This document shows positions 39,103 to 50,900 of a stretch of 64,000 bases of DNA, piece after piece. The position numbers and the translations under genes were made by a program. This DNA comes from a virus (Duplodnaviria > Caudoviricetes). Location of the stretch: IMG/VR virus record IMGVR_UViG_3300032332_002377; one strand, given 5' to 3'. The stretch's first letter is position 1. Every line of letters begins with the position of its first letter. The notes beneath the pieces were generated by a model. That model did not search any database. It was not told where the DNA came from and saw only the letters and a program-made list of their open reading frames with translations.

Positions 39103-40383
39103 TCATGAAGATATACCATGTATTACCCCTTCATTCATTACAGTTACATTCACATTGTACCCGTTCATGTCAATTGCTTTTCCTGCTGCGCCACCAAAAG
39201 ATGTTGTGGTTGAGTTACCATCCTGACCAAGACTGCCACCAGAAGCACCATATAATGAATCACCTCCGTAGACAGGGCTGTAAACATCATATACGTACAC
39301 AAATCCAGGATATGTACCACCAGGATAAGCAGCAGTACCTGGATAAGAGCTACCAGTATTAACTTTATAACTGCTGCCTTCACCGCCATAACGGTGGGTA
39401 CTGTTTCTGCCTATGCCTCCGAAATTACCTACAGGGCCACCAGTACCAATAGAAATACCTGCACCACCTCCACCACCTGCGCCATAAATCCAAGTAGAGT
39501 TTGTGATGTAACCTGCTCCTCCACCGCCACCGCCACCGCCAATAATGCCATAATTGATAATATTTAAATTGTAGTTTAGCTTAACGGCTGTGCCTCCTGC
39601 TCCTCCATAGTTGAGACCAGCATCTGTTTTAATACCAGTTCTTCCAGTTCCACCTTTGCCAGCCACCATGCCATTAAGCGGTGAGCTTGTATTATCAGAT
39701 ATAGGAGGTACAATTAAGGTTATTGTGGATCCAGCAGGCCATGATCCAGTATCAACAGCAGGTAAATTAACATCAACACTGCCTATGTTTCCAGCAACAG
39801 TAAATTCTACACGAAATGGATCTAAGTTCAAAATACCTGTTTGCTTCTTAAACTCTTCTCTTAAATTGATATTTAAAGTGTTAGTATCAGGAGCACCTAT
39901 GGTGAGTTGATACAGAGGAAAAGGAGTTGGAGTTGGGGTGAATGTAGGTGCATTAGTAGCAGTAGGGGTGGGAGTTGGAGTTGAAGTGGGCCCAGGTGTG
40001 CCGGTGGGAGTTGGGGTGGGAGTGTTAGTTACAGTTGGGGTGGGAGTAATGGTAGGTGTAGGTGTGATGGTAGGCGTTGGAGTAATGGTTGGTGTGGGTG
40101 TGATGGTAGGCGTTGGAGTTGGGGTAGGATCTGGAATAAAAATAGGTAAAGTATAAGGGGTGGATTTAGATATAATTAAAAAGTAGGACTGGTTTTTTAG
40201 TATAGTTAAAGTGTTTGTTACATCTTGTGTTGGGTCATAGTAAATACGCTCTAACCCATCATCAGAAACACCTATAATTCTGCTAATTAAATCTTTATTG
40301 GTTAAATCATTACAATTAAAATCGCTACCAGAATTTTGATAAAAAATTTGATATTGAGAATTAATTTCTAACAAGCTGCTCAT
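39103..40383 (-). CDS. anchor, (PT)n stalk and gp38-like glycine-rich adhesin (tandem paralogue)
   Basis: [21 protein letters not shown]; shares [11 protein letters not shown] and DTG.WP.GS with 37749..39077. Confidence 0.75.
   Translation of the reverse strand: MSSLLEINSQYQIFYQNSGSDFNCNDLTNKDLISRIIGVSDDGLERIYYDPTQDVTNTLTILKNQSYFLIISKSTPYTLPIFIPDPTPTPTPTITPTPTITPTPTITPTPTITPTPTVTNTPTPTPTGTPGPTSTPTPTPTATNAPTFTPTPTPFPLYQLTIGAPDTNTLNINLREEFKKQTGILNLDPFRVEFTVAGNIGSVDVNLPAVDTGSWPAGSTITLIVPPISDNTSSPLNGMVAGKGGTGRTGIKTDAGLNYGGAGGTAVKLNYNLNIINYGIIGGGGGGGGAGYITNSTWIYGAGGGGGAGISIGTGGPVGNFGGIGRNSTHRYGGEGSSYKVNTGSSYPGTAAYPGGTYPGFVYVYDVYSPVYGGDSLYGASGGSLGQDGNSTTTSFGGAAGKAIDMNGYNVNVTVMNEGVIHGISS
39922..40132 (-). 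repeat. (Pro-Thr)n coding repeat
   Basis: degenerate 6-bp-period repeat. Confidence 0.9.
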
Positions 40384-43300
40384 AGATAATTTGCTCCTGT
40401 TATGAATGTACTGTACGTTGCTTGACCATTGATATCATTTTGTATGGCAAAATCCTTATTTAAATATATAGGGTCAAATAACACATTAGCTAAGAAAATA
40501 CCGCGGACAAAGATATCCATAGTATATGGCACTCCAATTGGTGTCTCTGCATTGTAGAAGAAGGAATAATCGTAATCAGATGTGTAGGTAATACCATTTT
40601 CACCATATTCTCCCGGACCATTAAAGTAATTTGTAAACAAATCATAAGGTGAAACAATATATTCTTTATCAAAATAATTTAAATTAAAGTTTTTAATTTT
40701 AAATGTTGGGGTTGTTTTCCCGGAACTGTATCCTAGTGAAACATTTGTTATACCAGGCAAAGATTTAGGCAAATCATACTGCAAATAATTTTCATATTTG
40801 CTAGAAGATAATGGTTTCATGTCAACTATAATTTTTTTTCCAAGGTTTGCTAATCTGACTCTTACGCTTGTATACACAGGTTCCCCTGTGGTGGATTGAT
40901 ATAATGTAACTGGTGTCTTGAATGCAGTTGATGTTAATGTCTCAGTTCTATAAAGAGTATTGTAAGCGCTAAGATAACTGTCCCTTATGCAAATACTGTT
41001 GGGTACTTTATTTGCATATCCTGGAACATCTATTCCAGTGAGTGCAAAATTACCAGAAGCATCAAACCCTACACCTAGCCATCCTTTGAATCTACCAGCA
41101 AAAGACTTGGTTACAAATGTATTATTTGTAGCTGATAATAGAGTCAAGTTTGTATAATTAAGAGCTTTTCCTGGACCACCTCCAGTAATAGGTACTTTAT
41201 AAGTAGAAGTATCAGTAAATGCTACACAGAACCCTTCTTCTCCTTGTTCTTCTTGGCCATAGAATGCATAATCAAATGTAACTACTATGTCTTTGGTTGT
41301 ATCACAATTTTTAGGAAAATATATAAATGAGCTTGTAGCAGAAGTGGGTATTGTGTAAAAATCGTTCACATTTATAACACTGAGTGTGTTGATGGCAGTA
41401 CCATAATAATCTTTTTCTGAAACAACAGCGCTTACTGTGTAATACCCTGCAGCTAGGGGTGTAGCAGAAACACCATCTTGATAGTAAGATAGTTGAGCTG
41501 ATAGTGAGTAGGTTGGCACTGAGGCAGATGCTTCCACAACGTTGCTTGTATAAATTTTGTTTAATCCAGTGAATGTAATGAGAGGTGATACATCATATCT
41601 TACTGCTTGTATGTGATATATAGTATATGCTGGCTTGTAGTAGAATGTATCTCTGGAGCATACAGCTATGGTAATTGTGCCAGAACTATCAGTAGCAGAA
41701 AGAGTAGTGCCACTGCCTGTTATTACTCCTGGTCCACTCAAGACTGTAACATATGTAGGAACTGAAGAGCCCAAATAGCTTGCTGTTGAAAGAATGTTGG
41801 TGGTTTTAGATATTTGTAATGTTTGTGGAACAGGATCAATGTGTAGATCAGGTGTTGCTTGAATAGCACCAATAGATATACCAGACCAATATTTTGCAAG
41901 AAGATGAGATCTTGCAGCATTGGAAACACGAGATCTTAAGGTTGCATTATCTCCAGGGTATACATATTTTGTACCAACAGGTATAACTGGATTGTTATCT
42001 AATGCAATTAATAATGAATCTATTTGTTGTGATGAAAGCTTATTGTATCTTAAATCAATATAGTTTAAATTGAGCGCACTAAAAGGTGTAGTATCAAGTG
42101 TTTTTAAATTGTTAAAAGATAAATTAAGTTTTCTGCATTTTGGTGTTAGGTTCTGTATGAATGTATCAGCTGAAGTCAAGGTATTTATGTAATTGATAGT
42201 GACAGATTGAATACCTGCAGGGTTGTTGTATGAATCCAGATTTACAAGCGGTGCAGGGCTAGTAACTCCCCAAATATTTGCTATAGATACCGTTGTCAAG
42301 CTTGGCATATAGTTCAATGCATCAAGAGAGGTCAAGGGCAATGATTCTGAAACAAGCTTTTTTAAATTAGTAGCTGGTTTAATTGAATCTAAGTTTCTTA
42401 AGTTTGCACCTTCAAGAGTAATGCTTGAAAGTGAATAACAATTAGAAAAATTAAAACCAGAAACACTAGATGCTATAGTACCAAACACATCATCAGAGCC
42501 ATAAACAAACTCTCTTAAATTAAAATTATTGCTACAATCTATAAAAGGAAGTATTGAATACCTTGGATCATAGATAGTAATATTGCATAACCTAGGATTG
42601 TTTTTAATATTGATAGTAGATGCATAACTATACTGAGCTCTTACATAAGTTAAGTAAGTATAATTTTGAATATCAATGGATGATAATACATAATTGTCGA
42701 CAAGATCAATAATTTGCAGTGTATTGAGGCTGGGAGGAAAATTTATATTGTTTAAGTATTGGTTATTATAACAAGTGATATCATTGCAACCACTCAATTC
42801 AGAAAAATCCATATTAATGGTATTGGTGTCGTTGATATAAATTGAATACAATGCTGAACACCCAGTGAATTGTAAATTGGATGGCACACTGGCAACGTTT
42901 ATAACTTTTAATCTATAATTGTGATCTAATACCAATCCAGTTAGTGCAGGGCAGTGTTGTACTCCAAGATAATAACCAAGGGGAGTTGGTACAATTAAAT
43001 CTGTTAGATAAGTTGCACCTCTGACAGTAACAGCAGCAATTGCATCAGAAGTTAGTGGTAAAGTTAATGTTCTTAGCTCAGTGGCGCCTGGATAGTAAAG
43101 ATCATACAATCCACTCAATGCTGAGATATCCAAAGCAGAAATAGAAGTACAGCTTTCTAAATTGAGTGTTGGGCTTCTGTACTCTGGTACATAAGGGTTT
43201 GATATGGATCTGCGTTCAAATGTCTGATTGCCAAAATTAATGCCAGTTATGGAAGGATTTTGTGTTGCGCTAACCCACTGCAAATTTTGACCAGGTATAA

Positions 43301-44402
43301 TGGAAAGATCCAGATCTTTCATGGCCACACCGTTTAATGTTGGATTATTGTCTACGTACAAATAAACTAAGCTAGAAAGCCTGTTCATGCCAGTAATACT
43401 GTTCAATCCACTTATTGGACCAATTCCTGCCATGTGAAGGTACTGCAGTGCAGTTAAAGCATTGAGTTCAACTCTATTAGCTGAGAGAGTTCTTTGAGGA
43501 GTGTCGCTAGAAGATTCAAATTGCCTGGCATACTGACCAATAAACAGATTTTTGAGTGTTGGTATGAATGGTACATACAAAGAAGATAAATTATTTTGTG
43601 AGACGTCTAAAGAAACAAGTGAGCTTAATGGTCCACCTATAGTAATACTTTTTAATTTATATGGCTCTTCATTTCCACTTTGAACCCCATTTGAGTAATT
43701 ATTCCATCTACTAAATTTAAGTTCTTGTACAGTAGATAAAAGCCGTGTATCACAATTATTAAAATTGATTGTAAAGTTTTTAAATGGATTGCGCCCTACA
43801 GAAACATTACGCGCTTCTGCGGCTTTATTATCATTACCCAGTTTGAAATCAAAAGCAGAAAGTTGATTATCAGAGAAATTCATGTTGTTGACCCTGCAAC
43901 CAGATATATTAACAGTGCTTAGTGAAGACTGTCTCATGTCTATAAAACCATAACCTCCGCCATTCCACCATTGAATATTGGTAATATAGAAAGCGCTTAA
44001 TGGACCAGCGCCCCACATGCCTATACCCTTCATGGGAAGGCCACGCAAATCCATGGTATTTAAATTATTATTACTTTCGTAATTTATTGATGATAGGTTA
44101 GGAAAAAGAGCAAAATTTATGGTTGTTGCTTTGGATTCACCGGTAGCCCAAGGAAACCAATCACTGTATCCTGCTCCACCTATAATCCATCTAACATTGT
44201 TTAGTTTTGATGATGCATTATTTATTTTTAATTCATTATTAGAAGTATATTGATTACCTTCAACATAATAATCAGAGCCAGAAACAAAGTTAACTATACT
44301 ATAAGGTTGACCTGCATATTGTGTGCTATCAACAGGTATAAAATAAGATGATAGAGCTGTTAAGCCTGTTGTTGTGGTGGTTGCTAGTGTTACAAATGCC
44401 AT
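40380..44402 (-). CDS. virion protein: leucine-rich repeats, Ig/MBG-like domain, L-type lectin-like domain
   Basis: [27 protein letters not shown]; [12 protein letters not shown]; EGFCVAF...[11 protein letters not shown]. Confidence 0.72.
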   Translation of the reverse strand: MAFVTLATTTTTGLTALSSYFIPVDSTQYAGQPYSIVNFVSGSDYYVEGNQYTSNNELKINNASSKLNNVRWIIGGAGYSDWFPWATGESKATTINFALFPNLSSINYESNNNLNTMDLRGLPMKGIGMWGAGPLSAFYITNIQWWNGGGYGFIDMRQSSLSTVNISGCRVNNMNFSDNQLSAFDFKLGNDNKAAEARNVSVGRNPFKNFTINFNNCDTRLLSTVQELKFSRWNNYSNGVQSGNEEPYKLKSITIGGPLSSLVSLDVSQNNLSSLYVPFIPTLKNLFIGQYARQFESSSDTPQRTLSANRVELNALTALQYLHMAGIGPISGLNSITGMNRLSSLVYLYVDNNPTLNGVAMKDLDLSIIPGQNLQWVSATQNPSITGINFGNQTFERRSISNPYVPEYRSPTLNLESCTSISALDISALSGLYDLYYPGATELRTLTLPLTSDAIAAVTVRGATYLTDLIVPTPLGYYLGVQHCPALTGLVLDHNYRLKVINVASVPSNLQFTGCSALYSIYINDTNTINMDFSELSGCNDITCYNNQYLNNINFPPSLNTLQIIDLVDNYVLSSIDIQNYTYLTYVRAQYSYASTINIKNNPRLCNITIYDPRYSILPFIDCSNNFNLREFVYGSDDVFGTIASSVSGFNFSNCYSLSSITLEGANLRNLDSIKPATNLKKLVSESLPLTSLDALNYMPSLTTVSIANIWGVTSPAPLVNLDSYNNPAGIQSVTINYINTLTSADTFIQNLTPKCRKLNLSFNNLKTLDTTPFSALNLNYIDLRYNKLSSQQIDSLLIALDNNPVIPVGTKYVYPGDNATLRSRVSNAARSHLLAKYWSGISIGAIQATPDLHIDPVPQTLQISKTTNILSTASYLGSSVPTYVTVLSGPGVITGSGTTLSATDSSGTITIAVCSRDTFYYKPAYTIYHIQAVRYDVSPLITFTGLNKIYTSNVVEASASVPTYSLSAQLSYYQDGVSATPLAAGYYTVSAVVSEKDYYGTAINTLSVINVNDFYTIPTSATSSFIYFPKNCDTTKDIVVTFDYAFYGQEEQGEEGFCVAFTDTSTYKVPITGGGPGKALNYTNLTLLSATNNTFVTKSFAGRFKGWLGVGFDASGNFALTGIDVPGYANKVPNSICIRDSYLSAYNTLYRTETLTSTAFKTPVTLYQSTTGEPVYTSVRVRLANLGKKIIVDMKPLSSSKYENYLQYDLPKSLPGITNVSLGYSSGKTTPTFKIKNFNLNYFDKEYIVSPYDLFTNYFNGPGEYGENGITYTSDYDYSFFYNAETPIGVPYTMDIFVRGIFLANVLFDPIYLNKDFAIQNDINGQATYSTFITGANYL

Positions 44403-44403
44403 G

Positions 44404-47400
44404 TTATGCGCCGAAAGTGAATTCGCCTCCTATAACTGTGCCTGCACTGCTTCCTACAGTGGTATAAGTTCGGAAACTCCAATCTTCAGGCAAATCATTA
44501 AAATTATTATGAAGAACATCCACATCAGGCTTGTACATAAGAGTTGTTATGTTACTTAATACACCGTTTAGATATTTAAATGATGTGACAAACACATAAA
44601 ATAAGTCAGAAGTATCTCTTGCCAAATATGTTAAGCTATAAAAGCCAGTTTCACTGCTGTATGTCATTAAAGGCTTATCAATGGAAACTATTTCAATATT
44701 GAGATTGGCCGATATGAGTGAAAAATCATACAAGTCAAATTCAGTAACAACATTCACAGGATAGATTTGTGTAATTTTTGGTTGGTTTAAGTTGAGAGAG
44801 TATATGGTAGGATATATTATTTTCTTATTAGATGTACTAACCAAAGGAGCAAGAGTGGTAGCAGCAAAAACAAGCTCATTTTCTTTTTCATTAAACCATA
44901 CAGTTGAAATTTTTTCAAAATTCTTGTGTTCACCTCTTTTAATAAACAGCTCATTAGTAGAAGAACCTCTTATGAGTTCGGTTGCATAATTGTATTCAAT
45001 TTTATCAAAAATTAAATAATTTTCTGTTTCAAATTGTATAAAATCGTAATACAAATCAAAGTTAATTAATTTATTACCTATTTCATTTATAATATCATTA
45101 GAAAATTTAATTAAAATACCAGACAAGGCAGTAGAAACAGGCGCAATTATGGTTGAGTTAGCATTTCTATAATAGAAATCACCATAAGTTTCAAATTTTG
45201 TTTCATATATTGTTTTTCTTTCTGCATTTTCATATTGTGTGGTATCAGCAGTAGTTTTACCAACTGGCTGCAGTACATCATAGTAATAATTGTTGAGGAA
45301 CAATCCTGATTGATTTTCAACAACATCCACACAAGGTTCAGTTAAATCAGAGAAACTACTCACCACAAAGAAACTTCCATTATACTGGGCAGATGAGAGA
45401 GGTGGCGCAAATAAGAAAGTACCTTGATATGCAAAGGTAGCTCGGTACCCTGGTCCTAATGGATTGACACCACCATCAACTAAAATATCATAATAAACTT
45501 GTGAAGTTTCTGGATTAAAATCAGAATTATCAGAAGGGTAATCTACAAGTAATGTAGAATTAGGAGCAACAAAAGTGAACCCATCTCTGATATTACAATC
45601 AAATGCGGTTTTTGAATAGTCTGAGCAAAAATTATCTGGTTGAAATCTATAAGAGTCTACATATGCAGGCAGTATATTAAGATTAAATTCTGGTATTCCA
45701 TTATTATATGCAGATGCACTCAAAGGTGATGTTGCAGATAGTGCAGGACCAGGTGTATAATAGCCAGAACCTGGAGGAATATTGTTTACTGTTTTGAGTA
45801 TTACTCCTGAGTAAGTATAACCTGATTCTGGAATATTTGTTTCATAATTAAAATTGTATCCCTGCTCATTATCATAAAACAAATAACCATCTAAAATTTT
45901 ACAATCTCTAGATACTTTAGATCTTTCCAAGGCTCTGATACTATCTGCTGTATCCTTGGGTGGTCCTATTATTTTGTATAATCCATAGCCGTTTCCATAC
46001 ACATCAGACTTGTATTGCACAACAGTTTTGTTATTAAATGTGAGAAGAGATGCTACTCTCTTATCTATTGGAAATTCTATTGCTGGTATTAATGGGTAAG
46101 TGTCTTGATTTGCCCAAATGTCTTTTTTAAAACTTGCAAAAAATTCTTGAGGATCTATGTATCTAGATAATCCTTGATCAGAGTAGTTTAATGTCTGTTC
46201 ACGGCTTTGATAACCTCGCATGGTGGGTACTAAAGGATCATTAAATACTTCACCAAATTTAAAACTGTTTGTGTAATCGGTTTTTATTATATCAGAATTT
46301 TCAGTGAACGTTAATGGTGAGTATTGTTCTTGCTTTGTATTGCCGGATACCTTACCATACAAATCAGGGTCTGGAAATATATAAAGACTATTAGAAGAAA
46401 GATTTACTGTGCATAATGAATGTGTGAAACTAAAATTTACAAATGTTAGAAGACCAATTTTATCTGGCTTAAAAAACAATCCTAAGTTTTTTGCAGTTGC
46501 AAGAAAATCAAGACTAGGAACTGCAGCAACTGTGGGTGTGTTTTTGTTCAAATAATTTGCAAATGGGCTGTCAACAGCAAATAACACACCTGAAACATAA
46601 TTAGTACCAGTACTGCCTGTTGAAATATAGTAGTAGTCAGTGCCTATAAACTTCTTTGTTAATGAAGCTTCTGTATTTAAATTTAAATTACTATCTGAAG
46701 CATCGTTTATTAAATTTACAAAATCTCTATCTTTTAAGAAGTTTAAATTGTTATTATTTACATTATAGTTTATTGAAAAGTTATCACCTAATTGAATTAG
46801 ATAAAAAGGATAACTTTTAATTGCATCTATTATGGCTTGGTCAAAATCTAAATACAGTTTGGGATTTATTTGAGAGGTATTGAAATCAAAATATTCTCCT
46901 CTAAACCCTGTACCGGCATCATATGCAGAAGCTGGTAGTGTACCCACATCTAAGTAATTTCTATATTGGTCATATATGTCTTCAATTTCTACTATGATAC
47001 TATTACGCACAGAAGAAACTGAAAGATTAATGGTCTTGATGAGATCTACTATGTCTTGAGCTTCTAATGTTTTGGAAATTTCATTATAAATCAAACTCTC
47101 AAGACCATAGTTACTGCCTTTTAAATTATACTCTACTACTGTATTGGGTAGCTTGTCTCTTAATGTTGCATAGTACAAGCAAATATCTTTTACTTTGCCA
47201 GCAAAAAATGGCACAGCAATGGCCAAGTCTCTAGGATTAGTTGGATCAATGTTTTTTAAGAATCGTTTCTCATCAGAAGTAGTATAATTTATAATAACTT
47301 CATTTATAAGATTTAAATACAAATCTTTAATTGTTATTGATTCAACAACAGGTTTTTCATTCTTTTTTTCATACCAAGTAGTTACATAATTTTGATATCT

Positions 47401-47559
47401 TTGTAATAAGTCAGAAATGTTAGTGAATAATATTTTGTTGTATTCAACCCACCTAACAAAAGAAAACGGATGACTACTGTCTAGTACAACTGTTTCTTGA
47501 TTTTTTGAAGTTATAGAATTGGGTATATTCTCTTCTATAAATCTATTGGTACTAGCCAT
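44404..47559 (-). CDS. large baseplate-associated structural protein
   Basis: 1051 aa in the baseplate block; TAAATA 5 nt upstream. Confidence 0.65.
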   Translation of the reverse strand: MASTNRFIEENIPNSITSKNQETVVLDSSHPFSFVRWVEYNKILFTNISDLLQRYQNYVTTWYEKKNEKPVVESITIKDLYLNLINEVIINYTTSDEKRFLKNIDPTNPRDLAIAVPFFAGKVKDICLYYATLRDKLPNTVVEYNLKGSNYGLESLIYNEISKTLEAQDIVDLIKTINLSVSSVRNSIIVEIEDIYDQYRNYLDVGTLPASAYDAGTGFRGEYFDFNTSQINPKLYLDFDQAIIDAIKSYPFYLIQLGDNFSINYNVNNNNLNFLKDRDFVNLINDASDSNLNLNTEASLTKKFIGTDYYYISTGSTGTNYVSGVLFAVDSPFANYLNKNTPTVAAVPSLDFLATAKNLGLFFKPDKIGLLTFVNFSFTHSLCTVNLSSNSLYIFPDPDLYGKVSGNTKQEQYSPLTFTENSDIIKTDYTNSFKFGEVFNDPLVPTMRGYQSREQTLNYSDQGLSRYIDPQEFFASFKKDIWANQDTYPLIPAIEFPIDKRVASLLTFNNKTVVQYKSDVYGNGYGLYKIIGPPKDTADSIRALERSKVSRDCKILDGYLFYDNEQGYNFNYETNIPESGYTYSGVILKTVNNIPPGSGYYTPGPALSATSPLSASAYNNGIPEFNLNILPAYVDSYRFQPDNFCSDYSKTAFDCNIRDGFTFVAPNSTLLVDYPSDNSDFNPETSQVYYDILVDGGVNPLGPGYRATFAYQGTFLFAPPLSSAQYNGSFFVVSSFSDLTEPCVDVVENQSGLFLNNYYYDVLQPVGKTTADTTQYENAERKTIYETKFETYGDFYYRNANSTIIAPVSTALSGILIKFSNDIINEIGNKLINFDLYYDFIQFETENYLIFDKIEYNYATELIRGSSTNELFIKRGEHKNFEKISTVWFNEKENELVFAATTLAPLVSTSNKKIIYPTIYSLNLNQPKITQIYPVNVVTEFDLYDFSLISANLNIEIVSIDKPLMTYSSETGFYSLTYLARDTSDLFYVFVTSFKYLNGVLSNITTLMYKPDVDVLHNNFNDLPEDWSFRTYTTVGSSAGTVIGGEFTFGA

Positions 47560-47567
47560 TAAATTAT

Positions 47568-47876
47568 TTAATTGTTGTATTGTATATTAGCTGCACTCGT
47601 AAATAGTTTTAATCCTTTGGTGAGCTCATAACTAAGCAGATTCTGCATTATTCCATCTCTATTAGCCCATAGCCCATAAGATGACAAGGTGGGTGATAAG
47701 AAAGTCATGGGATTATCCCAATCTATTATATTATTATAGAAAGACCCTTCTTGTTTGTCCACATATTCATAAAAATCATAGTAATTAGATATTTCTACAC
47801 CAGACACACCTTTTGGAGCAACCAATCCCCATCCCCAATCGTAACTGTATGTGCTTAATGGTGCTGGGGCATTCAT
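47568..47876 (-). CDS. small structural protein, possibly the detached C-terminus of the upstream baseplate gene
   Basis: YDWGWGL, IIDWDN; TATAAATA at 47887-47894. Confidence 0.6.
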   Translation of the reverse strand: MNAPAPLSTYSYDWGWGLVAPKGVSGVEISNYYDFYEYVDKQEGSFYNNIIDWDNPMTFLSPTLSSYGLWANRDGIMQNLLSYELTKGLKLFTSAANIQYNN

Positions 47877-47904
47877 GTGGTAATAATATTTATAATATAA
47901 TTCA

Positions 47905-50900
47905 TTAGTATGTTACTACGTATGTGCTAAGAATACCTAAAAGAGTACATGCGCTGGGGTAAATTTGGTTCAAAGAGTAAGGTATAGCTGACAATACATA
48001 TATAGAGGTATACAGAGGACTGCCGTTACTAAACTGACCGCGATCATTATTTCCTGCTATATAAATAGCTGTTGAACCAGTGCCGGAGGTGCCTGCACTT
48101 AAAGCGACTATACTAGAATAGCTACAAGGATACATTTGGACAAAATCACCTGGTATAGCAGAAAATGCATAGCTGATAATTGATGCATTTGCAAATCCTC
48201 TGCCCATTTGCCCGTTGGTATTGTATCCTGTTGCAAACCATTTTGTTAATGGTGCACCTGTTACATCATTTGCACTTTGAGCTATTGTTGTAAAAGTAGT
48301 AGAATATATGGTATACCAGTTGCCAGGTATAGCTGTAAAAGTTTGAGAATTAGTAGCGCTGCCATTTCCAAATACACCGAAAGTAGTATTATAACCAACT
48401 GCATACCACTTGGTTGAACCTGTGCCTAGAGGTCCTGCACTTTGCGCAAAAGTACATGCATAAGTAGAAGAGCCTCTGTTTGGTATCATATTAACCCAGT
48501 CGCCGGTAATGCGTGTATAAGATGTATAATTGCCTCCACCTCCTTGAGAGAAACCAAATATATTATTTGCTGTGTTTCTGCCTGCTGCATACCATTTAGT
48601 AGACGGAGTTCCATTTGGATTAGCGCTTTGAGCTATGCTATAACCATCACCAATTTTTATACTAGACCACAGACCAGTAAGAGGTACAAATGAATTGTAT
48701 TGAGTTCCTACAGTATAAAGTGGGTCTCCAAATTGACCAAAAGCATTGGGACCTGTAGCAAACCATTTATATGTTTTGTTTCTTAATGAATTAGCGCTAT
48801 GAGCAACAGTATAAGAATTACTATAGGAACAGCCAGTTGTTATATCTATCCAATCACCTGGTATTGCTGTTAACTGAACGCTAAATGTATTTCCTATTCC
48901 TAGCAAACCAAAATCATTAGCACCTACACCAAACCATTTAGTTGTGTTAGCAGAAAGGGCAAAATGTGCAGGTGATATACCATCATCAGAAAGAGAAAAG
49001 TTACTATACTGCGGTACAGAGCTTGCAACTGTAGATAAAGCTGTTAGAGTAGTCACAGTAGAACTCTGTATACCAAACATTTGATTACTGTTAGTACCGC
49101 CAAAGAAAGCAAGACGCCCAGCAACTGGTGCAGGTAATGGTGTTGGAGTAATAGTTGGTGTTGGCGTCGGTGTAGAAGTCGGTGTTGGTGTGGGTGTAAT
49201 AGTCGGTGTTGGTGTGGGTGTATTGGTTATAGTCGGTGTGGGCGTAGGTGTATTGGTTAAAGTAGGAGTGGGTGTGATAGTTGGTGTATTAGTTGCAGTT
49301 GGGGTAGGTGTAGGGGTATTAGTAATAGTTGGCGTTGGAGTTGGAGTGAAAGTAGGTGCGCCTGTAGTTGTAGGTGTCGGCGTTGGGGTAGGTGTTCTAG
49401 TAATAGTTGGTGTTGGCGTCGGTGTAGAAGTTGGTGTGGGTGTAATAGTAGGCGTTGGTGTAATAGTTGGCGTAGGAGTAACTGTAGGTGTGACTGTTGG
49501 TGTTGGTGTTACTGTAGGTGTATTAGTTATGGTAGGCGTAGGTGTAATAGTTGGTGTTGGTGTTATGGTGGGCGTAGGTGTGATAGTAGGTGTAGGGGTA
49601 GGAGTAGGTGTAACTGTTGGGGTAGGTGTGGGGGTGGGTGATGATGTTAAATATTGTAAGGCTATTAAAGCTGATCCTGTGTTATAATAGTAAATAGTGA
49701 AATAATTGTTAGGCAGAGCAGAAAGTGTGCCAGTGAAACCAATGTAAATTGGGTTGGTATCTAAATATGTGTTTGCAAAATTGTATCCAGAAAGATAACA
49801 GTTGCTAAAATTATTGATGTCCAGATTGTTTAGAATAGAACAGCTGGCAGTTGGGCTAAACTGCAGATCAAAAGATGATACTGAGGTGGATACAATAACG
49901 TTAAAGTTGCTGTATGTATTGTAATCTGGTTGAACAATTTGATTATTAACAGTAACATTAATTACTGGTACAGGTGTTGGTGTTGGTGTTACAGTAGGCG
50001 TAGGAGTGGGTGTTGGTGTCGGTGTTGGCTCTTGTATATGATTGTTGACCAAAGTATATTTGTTTGAAAACCGCTCGTATGCTACTATTGGAGTACCGGG
50101 ATATATTATTCCAGAAACAGGTGATATTTTATTGCCCAAATTTCTCCCTATGTTGGGGTTTACTGTGTAGCGTTTGTTGAAATCTAAACCATATTTGTTT
50201 GTATCACCAAATAGATATTTGTGTTTAATACTCAAAAGATCTACCAAGCGTCTAAACTGAGGTGGGTAGGGGTAATTGTATTGTTCAAACTGCACACCAA
50301 GTTCATAACAAAAAGATATTAAACTATCTATATTACATTTACCTACATCAGAAATATTGCTTGTAAAGTTTGCTATTTTTTCATAAACTGTTTTACCAAG
50401 TTCATAAGGCTGTGCACATAAGCCACCTACTATTGTTCCTAAAAATTTATTAAAAAACACATCTCTATCTATTAGAATTTCTTGATATCTTAAATCATTA
50501 TAAAATTCATTAGCATTAAAATCTTCATTTATTTTTTGAATATTGACAACACCACTGTCTTGATAAATGTCAAATGTTGCTGATTCCCCAGAAATATAAC
50601 GAGTTACAGTGTAAGGGATCATGTACTTGTTTATCCATCTAGATCCATTCCAGTCACCATATGCTTGAAAGCTCTTTTCTTCGTATGCAGATGTTAAGTA
50701 TGCAGGGACGAATGGAAAATCTATGTCCAAATAATCTACTGAAGTAATAGGCTGTGTATTTAAAAATGCATCAAAGTAATAAATTTTCTTATCAAAATTA
50801 TTGAGAACCCAAATAAAGTTTGAGGTATCTCCCGCTATTCCGCCTATACTACAAATATAGTTGGTAGTATTTTGACCGGTGCCTGCATTGAAGTTAGTAA

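Noticed and set aside
31884-49687. Val-Gly-rich plus-strand ORFs (31884, 38611, 39938, 49190)
   Set aside because: Antisense readings of the Pro-Thr repeats.
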